Shown: positions 40,478-49,460 of the stretch, one piece after another
Layout: every line of letters begins with the position of its first letter
Position numbering within the stretch: the first letter of the stretch is position 1
Origin: an uncultured Helicobacter sp.
GTDB taxonomy: Bacteria; Campylobacterota; Campylobacteria; Campylobacterales; Helicobacteraceae
Length of the DNA: 64,000 bases
Direction: 5' to 3'
NCBI GenBank assembly: GCA_947177485.1
Contig: CAMWUR010000004.1
Location: 271 to 64,270, forward strand
Program-made: the position numbers and the translations under genes
Notes under the pieces: model-generated
Seen by the model: the letters and a program-made list of their open reading frames with translations, nothing else
What the model was told of the DNA's origin: nothing
The model's database searches: none

Positions 40478-40603
40478 CATTTTCACATCTCCGTCTTCAA
40501 CACCGCGCCATTTGCGGCATTGCTCACAAGCAGCGCATAGCGGCGCAACCATTTGCTTGGAATCTCCTTCTTGATGGGCTTCCATTGCGCCTTACGTGCC
40601 TCC
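40478..40603 (-). repeat. copy A: the native ilvD 3' end (the duplicated target)
   Basis: It is the functional end of ilvD including its stop codon, and is near-identical to 38776..38903. Confidence 0.9.
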
Positions 40604-42789
40604 AAAACAGCGGAATCCACGAGCAGCTCGAGCGTCCCCTTGCTCACCGAAATCGCGATTCTATCGCCGTCTTCAATCAGCGCAATGAGCCCCCCCTCTG
40701 CCGCTTCGGGGCTGACATGCCCAATGCAGCCCCCACGTGTCGCGCCGCTAAAGCGCCCGTCCGTAATCAGCGCAACCGATTCTCCAAGTCCCATTCCCAT
40801 AATGAGACTTGTGGGGGTTAGCATTTCTTGCATTCCGGGTCCTCCCTTTGGTCCCTCGTAGCGAATCACAACGACATTCCCCGCCTTTACCTTGCCACCC
40901 GCAATGCCCTTAATCGCCTCATCTTGCGAGTTGAAACACACCGCACTTCCCTCAAACTCTTTCATAGATTCCGCCACTGCGGCGACTTTGAGCACCGCGC
41001 CCTCACGCGCAAGATTGCCATAGAGGATTTTTAATCCACCCATTTGCGAATACGCGTTTTCATTGTGGCGAATGATATTAGAATCCGTAATCTCCGCCCC
41101 CGCAATGCGCTCACCCAGTGTCTCGCCTGTAATCGTGAGCGCGTCAAGATAGAGCGTATGCGGCGGAAGTTGTGGTAAATCAAGGATAAAAAAATCGCTA
41201 ATTTCTTTAGGATAAAACGGAGCATAAGCCACAGGCAATTGCTCATAAGGAACTTGCCTAAAGCCCATTTTTGTATAAAATTCCCGATTTTGCTGCGTGG
41301 CTTCGGGCGTATCAAAAATAAGCTCGCCAAAGTTTAATCCACCCGTATAAGTATTAATATAGCCCTTATTAGGACTATCGGCAATCAATGTTTTATAATG
41401 CGATCGCTCAAGAAATGCAAACAACTCGGCACAAAGTCGATTTACAAGAGAAATGGACGAATAATATCTTTGATGAATGATGAATTTTTTTAGGATTCCA
41501 ATGCCTTTTTGCTCTTCATAAACACCGATACAACCAACGACTTCTTCGCCCTCAAGAGCAATCCAAAATGCACCATTTTTATAATAATCAGCAATATTAT
41601 GCAAGTCAAGTTGAGTTTTAAGATATGCCTTACGCCATAAATCATCGTGATTGTCGTAATTCAAAACAAGAGAAATCACAGCCTCTTGATATTTTTGCAA
41701 TTCTTTTGTAAATCGCATAATGCGAATCGAATCTGTTGTTCCGCTTGTTTTAAAATCTAGCTCAAAGGCAGCGTTACCCCTTTTTGCCACCTCATTCATC
41801 ACGGCACTGACGCCACCGGCGCGGTGAATATCCTCCATATGCACGTTACTAAGGGCAGGGGCGATTTTGGCGATGTGTGCCACTTGGGAGGCAAGTGCGT
41901 TGATAGAATCTAGGTTAAAATCCACCTCCGCTTCTTTGGCGATTGCGAGCATATGCAGAATCGTATTCGTGCTTCCACCCATTGCCATATCTACGACAAA
42001 GGCGTTATGCACAGCTTTTTGATTCAAAATATTGCGGAATCTAAACTTTTCGCTTTTTTGCTCATCAAGCGCGATTTCTACGATTCTACGCGCTGCTTTG
42101 CGTAAAAGCTCCTCGCGCTCCTTGCTAAGGGCTAGAATCGTCCCATTTCCGGGCAGCGCAACACCCATAGCCTCACAAAGCGTATTCATAGAGTTTGCGG
42201 TAAACATTCCACTACAACTTCCGCCACTTGGGCACGCATTGCATTCTATTTCGTGTAACCTTTTCTCATCAATCTTGCCCTCATTAAACGCGCCCACCGC
42301 TTCAAAGGCAGAGTTTAAATCTAGTATTGTGCCGTCCTCTAGCTTGCCCGCACGCATTGGACCGCCACTCACAAAGATTGTCGGCACATTCACGCGCAAA
42401 GCACCCATAAGCATTCCGGGCACGATTTTATCGCAGTTTGGGATACAAATCATCGCGTCCAAACTATGCGCATTCATCATTGTTTCAATAGAATCCGCAA
42501 TCAGCTCGCGGCTTGGCAGAGAGTAGAGCATACCGCTATGCCCCATTGCGATTCCGTCATCTACACCGATGGTGTTAAACTCAAAGGGCACGCCACCCGC
42601 AGTGCGAATCTCCTCTTTGATGATTTGCGCGTATTTATTTAAGAAAAAATGCCCGGGAATAATGTCAATATAACTATTTGCAATGCCGATAAAGGGCTTG
42701 TTAAAATCCTCGTCCTTTAGACCGGTAGCGCGTAATAAACTTCTGTGGGGGGCTCTTTGGAATCCCTTTTTAATGGTGTCGCTTCGCAT
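40483..42789 (-). CDS. ilvD: dihydroxy-acid dehydratase carrying a 206-aa internal GNAT-like insertion
   Basis: 768 aa. The IlvD/Edd motifs ([29 protein letters not shown]) are intact on both sides. Minus the insertion the protein is 562 aa. Confidence 0.9.
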   Translation of the reverse strand: MRSDTIKKGFQRAPHRSLLRATGLKDEDFNKPFIGIANSYIDIIPGHFFLNKYAQIIKEEIRTAGGVPFEFNTIGVDDGIAMGHSGMLYSLPSRELIADSIETMMNAHSLDAMICIPNCDKIVPGMLMGALRVNVPTIFVSGGPMRAGKLEDGTILDLNSAFEAVGAFNEGKIDEKRLHEIECNACPSGGSCSGMFTANSMNTLCEAMGVALPGNGTILALSKEREELLRKAARRIVEIALDEQKSEKFRFRNILNQKAVHNAFVVDMAMGGSTNTILHMLAIAKEAEVDFNLDSINALASQVAHIAKIAPALSNVHMEDIHRAGGVSAVMNEVAKRGNAAFELDFKTSGTTDSIRIMRFTKELQKYQEAVISLVLNYDNHDDLWRKAYLKTQLDLHNIADYYKNGAFWIALEGEEVVGCIGVYEEQKGIGILKKFIIHQRYYSSISLVNRLCAELFAFLERSHYKTLIADSPNKGYINTYTGGLNFGELIFDTPEATQQNREFYTKMGFRQVPYEQLPVAYAPFYPKEISDFFILDLPQLPPHTLYLDALTITGETLGERIAGAEITDSNIIRHNENAYSQMGGLKILYGNLAREGAVLKVAAVAESMKEFEGSAVCFNSQDEAIKGIAGGKVKAGNVVVIRYEGPKGGPGMQEMLTPTSLIMGMGLGESVALITDGRFSGATRGGCIGHVSPEAAEGGLIALIEDGDRIAISVSKGTLELLVDSAVLEARKAQWKPIKKEIPSKWLRRYALLVSNAANGAVLKTEM
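41155..41772 (-). other. in-frame 618-bp AT-rich insertion encoding a GNAT-type acetyltransferase-like domain within ilvD
   Basis: It lies between ..[10 protein letters not shown] and [11 protein letters not shown]... The insert contains [38 protein letters not shown] and [13 protein letters not shown] (GNAT beta4-alpha3 and motif B patterns). Confidence 0.7.
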
Positions 42790-42909
42790 AAAATCTCCTT
42801 GATAATTTGCGCCTGTGCGCCCGCAGCTATGGGCGCTTGTTTAAGACTCAAAATAAATGCGAAAGTATAGCATACAATCCCTAATAGTATGCAATGATTG
42901 CGGCTATTC

Positions 42910-43455
42910 TCACGTTGTTTGCAAGTCGATTGTTACGGTGTTGCTGTTCATCATCGAACCCTCGATTCCAAAATCTTTGATGTTGAGTTCGCCGCGAAGC
43001 GAAAGCGTGGGATTATCCGATTCAGGCGCAAGGACGCTATCAAACTCGATGTGCTGACTTTTGCCATGTAGCTCGAGGAGTGCCATAAGCTTGCCTGCAA
43101 TCTTGCCTGAATCCTCGCTTTCATATGGCGTATATGAGACGAGCGAGAGCCGCGCAGTGGGGAAGTTTTGCGCGTCCAAGAAATCGGGCGCAAGCAAGTG
43201 CGCATCACGTTTCGCGTTCTCTGTCATAATCGAATCCATCGCGACTTCGCCGCTAAGTGCTATGATTTTGTTCTGTGCATCAAGCGTGAGTGTTCCGCTG
43301 AATTTTTGAAATCGTCCCTCGACATTCAGCACCAAAAACTTATCGACATTAAAACCAATTTTAGAATCTTCACGTACAGAATAATCACGCGCATAAAGCG
43401 TGGAGGCAAAGATTCCAATCCAAAGCAAAAGTTTACCAAGTGTTACGATTTTCAT
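42910..43455 (-). CDS. YceI-family periplasmic protein
   Basis: 181 aa with a signal peptide and the pattern F.V....V.G.F..F.G....D. Confidence 0.8.
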   Translation of the reverse strand: MKIVTLGKLLLWIGIFASTLYARDYSVREDSKIGFNVDKFLVLNVEGRFQKFSGTLTLDAQNKIIALSGEVAMDSIMTENAKRDAHLLAPDFLDAQNFPTARLSLVSYTPYESEDSGKIAGKLMALLELHGKSQHIEFDSVLAPESDNPTLSLRGELNIKDFGIEGSMMNSNTVTIDLQTT

Positions 43456-43463
43456 TGTGTCTC

Positions 43464-43910
43464 CTAAATGTTAGTTTGGTGGATTCCAACAAAGCATTTA
43501 TAGAGGAGTTTTTGCAAAGTTTCTAGTTCGTCTTTGCTAAGATGAGTTAAGAGAAACTCTTTTTGCGATTGCAACATGAGTGCAAATGTTTCTTCCGCAA
43601 CTCTTTTACCCGATTCTGTGAGGACGAGCAGCTTTTCCCTGTGGTCTTGGGGATTAATGACACGTTCAATCAGCCCTTTTTGTTGCAAATCCTCAACAAA
43701 AATGCGCGCATAATTCTTGTCGAGTTCACCAAGCTGGCTGATGAAACTTTGTGTTTTGGGCTGTGCATAGCACACCCATAAAATCCCTGCCTGTCTGTGC
43801 TCGAGCTGATAGGGCGCGAGATGTCGCGCGAAACTCTTTTGAAGCTTTTGGCGCAATGTTGCCGACAAAAAGCCAACACATAGCCCGAGACGAATGGTTT
43901 CTCTTTGCAT
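43464..43910 (-). CDS. MarR-family transcriptional regulator
   Basis: 148 aa with a winged-helix pattern, upstream of the yceI-like gene. Confidence 0.8.
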   Translation of the reverse strand: MQRETIRLGLCVGFLSATLRQKLQKSFARHLAPYQLEHRQAGILWVCYAQPKTQSFISQLGELDKNYARIFVEDLQQKGLIERVINPQDHREKLLVLTESGKRVAEETFALMLQSQKEFLLTHLSKDELETLQKLLYKCFVGIHQTNI

Positions 43911-44013
43911 AGAACTCCTTGCAATAATGGTTTTATGAAATCCTTTCTAAGGACATTCATTTTTAGTGATTATCCTCAAAAATGAATATAGCGCATAAAA
44001 GCTTTGAAAAACC

Positions 44014-44829
44014 TTAAGATTCTGGCGCAAACACGCGATAGAAATGGTTCGTTGGACCATGCCCCTTGCCAAGATTGAGAGAGTGCAGAATCGCGCCAAA
44101 CACATATTCCTTCGCCTCGCGCACGGATTCGAGCGCGCTCTTGCCCAGCGCGAGGTTCGCGGCAATCGCCGAACTAAGTGTGCAGCCTGTGCCATGCGTG
44201 TTGCGCGTCTCGATGCGCTCGCTCGCAAGAACGTTCATGTCCTTGCCATCAAAAAAGACATCGTTCGCGTTTTCGCTGCGATGTCCGCCCTTAATCAGCA
44301 CATTCTTTGCGCCCTTTTTGCACAGCACCTCTGCTGCACGTTTCATCGCGTTTTCATCGCAAATCTCAAACCCACAGAGTGCTTGCGCCTCGGGGATATT
44401 GGGCGTGAGCACATCGGCAAAGCGAATCATCGTTTGTGCAAACAGCGCGCAATTTTGTGGTGGCATGAGTGCAAATCCATTTTTAGCAAACATCACAGGG
44501 TCGATGACGATATTTTTGGGCTGCCATTTTTGGAGATTCCGCGCCACGCACGCGATGATGTCGGCGCTGCCGAGCATACCGATTTTCACGGCTCGCGGCG
44601 GAATGTCCTCGAACACCGCCTCGAACTGCTCATCGACACATTGTGTCGGCACATCGAAGCTCGAGAGTACGCGCGCCGTGTTTTCTGCCACAACGCTAAG
44701 CACGACACTCATGCCAAAGAGATTGTGTGCGCTGAATGTTTTCAAATCCGCCTGAATGCCCGCGCCCCCGCTGCAATCGCTCCCGGCAATTGTGAGAATG
44801 GGAATGAGGTTTGAATGTTTTGCCTGCAT
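44014..44829 (-). CDS. thiD: hydroxymethylpyrimidine/phosphomethylpyrimidine kinase
   Basis: 271 aa with the TIAGSDCSGGAGIQADLKT N-terminus and the GTGCTLSSAIAA motif. Confidence 0.92.
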   Translation of the reverse strand: MQAKHSNLIPILTIAGSDCSGGAGIQADLKTFSAHNLFGMSVVLSVVAENTARVLSSFDVPTQCVDEQFEAVFEDIPPRAVKIGMLGSADIIACVARNLQKWQPKNIVIDPVMFAKNGFALMPPQNCALFAQTMIRFADVLTPNIPEAQALCGFEICDENAMKRAAEVLCKKGAKNVLIKGGHRSENANDVFFDGKDMNVLASERIETRNTHGTGCTLSSAIAANLALGKSALESVREAKEYVFGAILHSLNLGKGHGPTNHFYRVFAPES

Positions 44830-44993
44830 TTGTTGTTTTCCTCGATTTTTTTCCGAATTGTAGCAGCTGCCGCGTTATTTTAGCAAATCAAAAGTTTTTT
44901 ACACTACAATTGCATATTGATTTTGCCGTGTGCAAACCACAGACAAGCCGATTTTTCTGCTATATCTGCGTATCTTATCCTAAAGCAATCACA

Positions 44994-46160
44994 ATGCAAC
45001 ATTCTTTGAATTGCGACAATATCCCACTTGGCAAACTGTTTTTTCTGCGGCTTGAGAATGCCTTTTTGCTTGCCGACACAGGCGACACAATCGAGATTCT
45101 AAGCCGATTTGATAATCTCGAATCCGAGCTCATTTCATACTGTCGGCTGAAAGGCGAATCGTTTGTGCACAAAACGGCGCTGAAGGGCTGCTTTGCGTAT
45201 CTTTTGCGCAAGGATTCTATACAAAATTTTATGACGTTTTCGCCCGAGCTCGCGCTTGCTCCGCGCGAAATTGGGCTCGCGCCGCATGGCGTTGTGGCGC
45301 AAAAGGCGAGCCCCGATTATCATTTTGCGCTGAATCACAAAGACGAGCTTTGGAGTAAGAATGTGAGCAAGATGTACGAGGACGCCAAGGCGGCGCAATG
45401 GAACGCAACAAGCGCGATTGAATGGAGCGCGATTCCAGACTTTGCGCCCAAAGTCGAGTTTGCAATTGCACAGATTATGACGTATTTGATAGAGAATGAA
45501 CTAAGCGCACTCTATATTCCTGCCAAATTCCTCGCGCAGATTTCGCCCTATTTCCTGCCCATTCCGATGCTGTTATCCAGCATTATCGGCGATGAAGCGC
45601 GGCATATCGAAGCATTCACCAAGCGCGCAAACGCGACACATTTGGGCGTGCAATATTCCACGCTGACCACGCAGCAAAGCCTTTTTAGCTTGTTCAAAGA
45701 AAGCAATTATCTCGCCGCGAGCTTTTTGCTGCACATCATGGGCGAAGGGACATTTATTGATTTGCTCAAGTTTCTTGAAGATTGCGCGCCCGATTTGCCT
45801 ACTAAAAAGCTATTCAACCTCGCGCGCAAAGACGAGGCGCGGCATGTCGCGTATGGCATGAACAATGTCAAAATGGCGCTTTTGAGCAACCCGCATCGAA
45901 TCGAGATTCTCAAAGATTCTGTGTTGCGCCGCAAGGTCTATCTTGATGAGGTGAGTGGGGAATCAACACTCTTGCTTGAATCTCTCGCTGTCTTTGCCGG
46001 CGGGGGCGATAGCGCGATAGAGATTGCGCGCGGGTTTGAGATGGTCGAGAATCTCAAGGCAAAAATGGAAGCTAACCGCACCAAGAGGCTCGTTGAGTGC
46101 GGAATTGACGAAGAACTCGCGTTTGAGTTAAGCAAGGCGCACACGCCCAATTTCATGTAG
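44994..46160 (+). CDS. ferritin-like diiron-carboxylate protein with a small N-terminal domain that weakly resembles TusA
   Basis: ORF 44811..46160 trimmed to the ATG at 44994. Two ExxH motifs (DEARHIEAF, DEARHVAYG). Confidence 0.6.
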   Translation: MQHSLNCDNIPLGKLFFLRLENAFLLADTGDTIEILSRFDNLESELISYCRLKGESFVHKTALKGCFAYLLRKDSIQNFMTFSPELALAPREIGLAPHGVVAQKASPDYHFALNHKDELWSKNVSKMYEDAKAAQWNATSAIEWSAIPDFAPKVEFAIAQIMTYLIENELSALYIPAKFLAQISPYFLPIPMLLSSIIGDEARHIEAFTKRANATHLGVQYSTLTTQQSLFSLFKESNYLAASFLLHIMGEGTFIDLLKFLEDCAPDLPTKKLFNLARKDEARHVAYGMNNVKMALLSNPHRIEILKDSVLRRKVYLDEVSGESTLLLESLAVFAGGGDSAIEIARGFEMVENLKAKMEANRTKRLVECGIDEELAFELSKAHTPNFM

Positions 46161-46249
46161 GCTGTTGTGTGGGGGAGTGTTGCCCCTAGATAAGAGTCTA
46201 TGAGACTTAATCTTAAGGATTCGTGTAATCCTTTACAAAAGGAGTAGAA

Positions 46250-47371
46250 ATGTTAACATTGGACAATTTGGAACAAGAAACAAAAGCGCTTGGCGAAAGA
46301 GTCATTGCGCCCATCACGAAGAGTGTCGATGAGGACGGGAGATTCCCTGCCGAAGCATACAACGCATTGCGCAAGGAGGGATTCATGGGCTTGCTCGTGC
46401 CCAAAGAGTTTGGCGGGCTTGGCGGCGGCGATGTGCATCATGCAAGAGTTTGCGGGATTCTTGCGGAGTTTGACGCGACCACGGCATTGTGCTATATGAT
46501 GCACAATACGGCAACTGCAATGCTTGCAAAGTTTGGTGGTCAGGTATTCGGCGAGATTCTTGCAAAAGTCGCAAGGGGCGAGCTTGCCATTGCGCTTGCA
46601 TACAGCGAGAGCGGCTCGGGCACGCATTTTGACTTGCCCGACATGACCGAGCAAGAAGCGGGGGATTTTCGGATTCTAAACGGGCGCAAGAGCTTTGTTA
46701 CCTCGGCAGAATTTGCGGATTATTACTTGACGTATACCAACTCATGCAAGCTAAAGGGCAAGCGCAATAATTGGCTTGTGGAGCGCAATAGTCAGAATCT
46801 TGTGCATGAACACAACCTTTGGAACGGCGTGGGAATGCGCGGCAACAACTCAAAGCCGGTGCAATACAATGGCGTCAAAGTTCCCAATTCGATGCTTGTG
46901 GGTGCTGAAGGGCAGGGCGAAGACCAAGCGGGGCTTGTCGCGATGTATTTTATCACAGGGCTTGGGGCAATCTATGCGGGGCTTGGCAACGCGGCATACA
47001 ATTGTGCGCTGGCGCACACAAAAGAACGCAAATACACCAATGGCAATGCTTTGTGCGATATTGAGATGGTGCGCGCCCACCTCGCCACACTCTATACCAA
47101 AGCTCAAAGCGCCCGCGCACTTGTGCTCGAAGCCGCGCGCAGTTTTGACGCGGGCGAAACAGACGCAGCGACAAAGATTTTTGCATGCCGCGTGAATGCA
47201 ACAGAGCTTGTTACCGAGATTTGCTCGCTCGCTATGCGGCTTGGTGGGGGCAAGGCATATAGTAAATTGTTGCCGCTTGAACGTTATTTGCGCGATTCGT
47301 ATGCAGCACAAGTGATGGCGCCAAGTCTTGATGTCGTCAAGATGTGGCTTGGGGACGCGTTGCGCAAATAA
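46250..47371 (+). CDS. acyl-CoA dehydrogenase family flavoprotein
   Basis: 373 aa, ACAD-like throughout (YSESGSGTH, GGKAYS). Confidence 0.8.
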   Translation: MLTLDNLEQETKALGERVIAPITKSVDEDGRFPAEAYNALRKEGFMGLLVPKEFGGLGGGDVHHARVCGILAEFDATTALCYMMHNTATAMLAKFGGQVFGEILAKVARGELAIALAYSESGSGTHFDLPDMTEQEAGDFRILNGRKSFVTSAEFADYYLTYTNSCKLKGKRNNWLVERNSQNLVHEHNLWNGVGMRGNNSKPVQYNGVKVPNSMLVGAEGQGEDQAGLVAMYFITGLGAIYAGLGNAAYNCALAHTKERKYTNGNALCDIEMVRAHLATLYTKAQSARALVLEAARSFDAGETDAATKIFACRVNATELVTEICSLAMRLGGGKAYSKLLPLERYLRDSYAAQVMAPSLDVVKMWLGDALRK

Positions 47372-47381
47372 GGAGCGGCTC

Positions 47382-48281
47382 GTGAAAAAGACACTTTTGC
47401 TCGGCGCAGTTGCCTATGACCCAAAGGTTGTGCCCATCTGGGATATTATCCGTGACTATGCAAACGCGGGAGATTTTGGAATCGGGCTGGATTATGTCCT
47501 GTTTAGCAATTATGAACGACAAGTTGATTCGCTTCTCAAGGGGCATATCGATGTGGCTTGGAATACAAATGTCGCGTGGATTCGCACATTGCACGCGACA
47601 AACAATGCAGCGCGCGCTCTTATCATGCGCGACACCGATATTGACTTTACGACAAAGTTTGTCGCACTCAAAGATAGTGGAATCCAAACCCTCGTCGACC
47701 TCAAGGGCAAGCGCTTTGGGCTCGGCAGCCGCGATTCGGCGCAAGCGGCGATTATGGGGTTGTATTATCTGCAACAAGCAAAGATTGTACCTGAAATCAC
47801 CGAGTTCCACTCGCCCGATGAATGCGGGCGCGGGCGCAGCGATGAGATTCGCGCAGCAGAGCTTAAGGTTGTGCGCCACAACAGCGACTTGGGCAAGCAC
47901 GGCGACACGGGGCGCAGCGAGTTTGATGTGCTTGATAGCATTAAGCGCGGCGAGCTGGACGCGGGCGCGATTGGCTCAAGCACGTGGATTCGTATTTTGC
48001 AAGAGGGCAGCTACCCCGAGATTGCGAGCTTTTGGAGCAGCCCGGGCTATTGCCATTGCAATTTTTCGGTGCTGCCAAGCTTTGATTTTGGGCTTGGCGA
48101 GACGTTTGCGCAGATGTTGCTTTCGCAAAACGAGCGCAAAGACGACCCGATGATTAGCAAGATGATGAGCATGGAGGGGCTGAACAAGTGGGTGCGCGTT
48201 GGCGAAGAGCAACTGCGCGGGTATGACGCGATTTATACGGCGATGAGAGAGCAGAATCTGCTGGAGAATGCGTCTCTCTAA
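47382..48281 (+). CDS. PhnD/phosphonate-binding-like periplasmic-binding-fold protein with no signal peptide
   Basis: ORF 47328..48281. The GTG at 47382 is preceded by AAGGAG. The GAVAYDPKV...DVAWNTNVAW pattern is present. Confidence 0.55.
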   Translation: MKKTLLLGAVAYDPKVVPIWDIIRDYANAGDFGIGLDYVLFSNYERQVDSLLKGHIDVAWNTNVAWIRTLHATNNAARALIMRDTDIDFTTKFVALKDSGIQTLVDLKGKRFGLGSRDSAQAAIMGLYYLQQAKIVPEITEFHSPDECGRGRSDEIRAAELKVVRHNSDLGKHGDTGRSEFDVLDSIKRGELDAGAIGSSTWIRILQEGSYPEIASFWSSPGYCHCNFSVLPSFDFGLGETFAQMLLSQNERKDDPMISKMMSMEGLNKWVRVGEEQLRGYDAIYTAMREQNLLENASL

Positions 48282-48292
48282 TCTTTCATCAT

Positions 48293-48329
48293 ATAAGAGG
48301 GCAGAATCTAGCTATTCTGTTCCTCTTAT
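48293..48329. terminator. bidirectional hairpin between convergent genes, at the right edge of core DNA
   Basis: ATAAGAGG-GCAGAAT-ctagct-ATTCTGT-t-CCTCTTAT, an imperfect stem of about 14 bp. Confidence 0.55.
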
Positions 48330-48333
48330 CCTC

Positions 48334-48603
48334 TTAGAACAGCTCGCTATGGCTACCAAGACGCATTGCCAAAAGTTCTAAATATTCATTATTTATTTTA
48401 TAAATTAAAATAAGGTCGGGTCTAATATGGCAATCTCGGCAACCTTTAAAATTACCTACTAGTGCATGGTCATGATATTTATCTTCCAAAATTTCCTTTT
48501 TGGCAAGTTTGTCAAGAATTTTGAGTACTTGTTCTTTATCGCTTTGGGCGAGTTTTTTAAAAGATTTTTTAAATTTTTTTGTAAAGGTAATAGAATATGT
48601 CAT
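48334..48603 (-). CDS. type II TA toxin, YafQ/RelE-family mRNA interferase (copy 1)
   Basis: 89 aa with HDHALVGNFKGCRDCHIRPDLILIY...GSHSELF. Confidence 0.85.
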   Translation of the reverse strand: MTYSITFTKKFKKSFKKLAQSDKEQVLKILDKLAKKEILEDKYHDHALVGNFKGCRDCHIRPDLILIYKINNEYLELLAMRLGSHSELF

Positions 48604-48845
48604 GATTCTAAATCCGCCTTCAATTCTTCTATGCTATGAAAAGTTTTCAATGTGCCCTTTTTGCGTTTTCTTTCTATTTCTTTTATTGCCTTTTTGAGCC
48701 TTTTTTCTGCCTTTGGATTTAGGGTATAATTTGCTGCTGCACAAATGGGGCATTCCTCTTGAATCTGAAGTTTTGGATTAAAAGCCTTGAGGCTCTCTAA
48801 GACTCCCAAAACCTTAGAATCGGCATTTTTGACAACGAGTGTCAT
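48600..48845 (-). CDS. cognate antitoxin (copy 1) with the shared MT(L/I)xLKNxD N-terminal module
   Basis: 81 aa with a 4-nt overlap with the toxin. The N-terminal ~28 aa are shared with 49209..49421 and 50812..51003. Confidence 0.7.
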   Translation of the reverse strand: MTLVVKNADSKVLGVLESLKAFNPKLQIQEECPICAAANYTLNPKAEKRLKKAIKEIERKRKKGTLKTFHSIEELKADLES

Positions 48846-48894
48846 TTTTTCTCCTTTGTTTTTTGATGATGTCTTGTTTTGGCTTCATGTCGCT

Positions 48895-48936
48895 TTATTT
48901 GAGCAGGAATCCACATTTATAGACCTTTGATTTTGC
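48895..48936 (-). repeat. degenerate copy of the 3' end of gene 49461..50435
   Basis: It aligns with 49461..49502 at about two-thirds identity by eye. The core ATAGACCTTTG is identical, the stop codons align, and the translations are KVYKCGFLLK* versus KVYEYEFLLE*. Confidence 0.5.
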
Positions 48937-49206
48937 TTAAAATAGCTCACTATGGCTACTCACACGAACGCAAATGAGCACTAAAATATGTTCATATTTT
49001 TTATAGATTAAGAGCAAGTCAGGGCTGATATGGCATTCTCTGTGTCCCTGATAGAGACCGAATAGCGCATGGTCTCTATGACGTTCCTCTAGGGTTTCGT
49101 TGCGGGCAAGTTTTTCAATCATGCTATCAACAATATCGGCTTTACCTTGTTTTATTATTTTTTTGTAATCTTTTTTAAATTGTGATGTCCATTCTACCCG
49201 ATACAT
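48937..49206 (-). CDS. type II TA toxin, YafQ/RelE-family mRNA interferase (copy 2)
   Basis: 89 aa with RDHALFGLYQGHRECHISPDLLLIY...SSHSELF. Confidence 0.85.
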   Translation of the reverse strand: MYRVEWTSQFKKDYKKIIKQGKADIVDSMIEKLARNETLEERHRDHALFGLYQGHRECHISPDLLLIYKKYEHILVLICVRVSSHSELF

Positions 49207-49208
49207 TA

Positions 49209-49421
49209 TTAATCACCCAATAAAGCCTCTTTTGCTTCTTCCCACGAATCATAGGGCTTTCTTATGCCCTGTTTAATTTCTGTATAGATTGTTTCAGCCT
49301 CTGCCATTGCCTCTAATGTCTCTTGAGATATTTGAATAATCTCAAAATCTGGCTTTAAGATTTTCAGACTCTGAATGACATGCAACAATTCAATATCAAC
49401 ATTCTTCAAAACTAGTGTCAT
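49209..49421 (-). CDS. cognate antitoxin (copy 2) with the shared N-terminal module
   Basis: 70 aa, N-terminus MTLVLKNVDIELLHVIQSLKILKP. Confidence 0.7.
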   Translation of the reverse strand: MTLVLKNVDIELLHVIQSLKILKPDFEIIQISQETLEAMAEAETIYTEIKQGIRKPYDSWEEAKEALLGD

Positions 49422-49460
49422 TTTCTCTCCTTTGTTTTTGTATCGCTTTTTTGATTTTTG

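Noticed and set aside
40417-40821. Plus-strand ORF 40417..40821.
   Set aside because: It is antisense to the conserved C-terminal part of ilvD and to repeat copy A. No motifs are present.
41155-41772. An intein as the explanation for the ilvD insertion.
   Set aside because: There is no Cys/Ser/Thr at the insert N-terminus, no His-Asn followed by Cys/Ser/Thr at the C-terminal junction (it reads ..PPHT|LYLD), and no Hint or homing-endonuclease blocks. The motifs present are GNAT-like.
44830-44993. A TPP (THI-box) riboswitch upstream of thiD.
   Set aside because: I could not find the conserved CUGAGA / ACCUGAUCUGGAUAAUGCCAGCG elements on either strand of the 164-bp gap.
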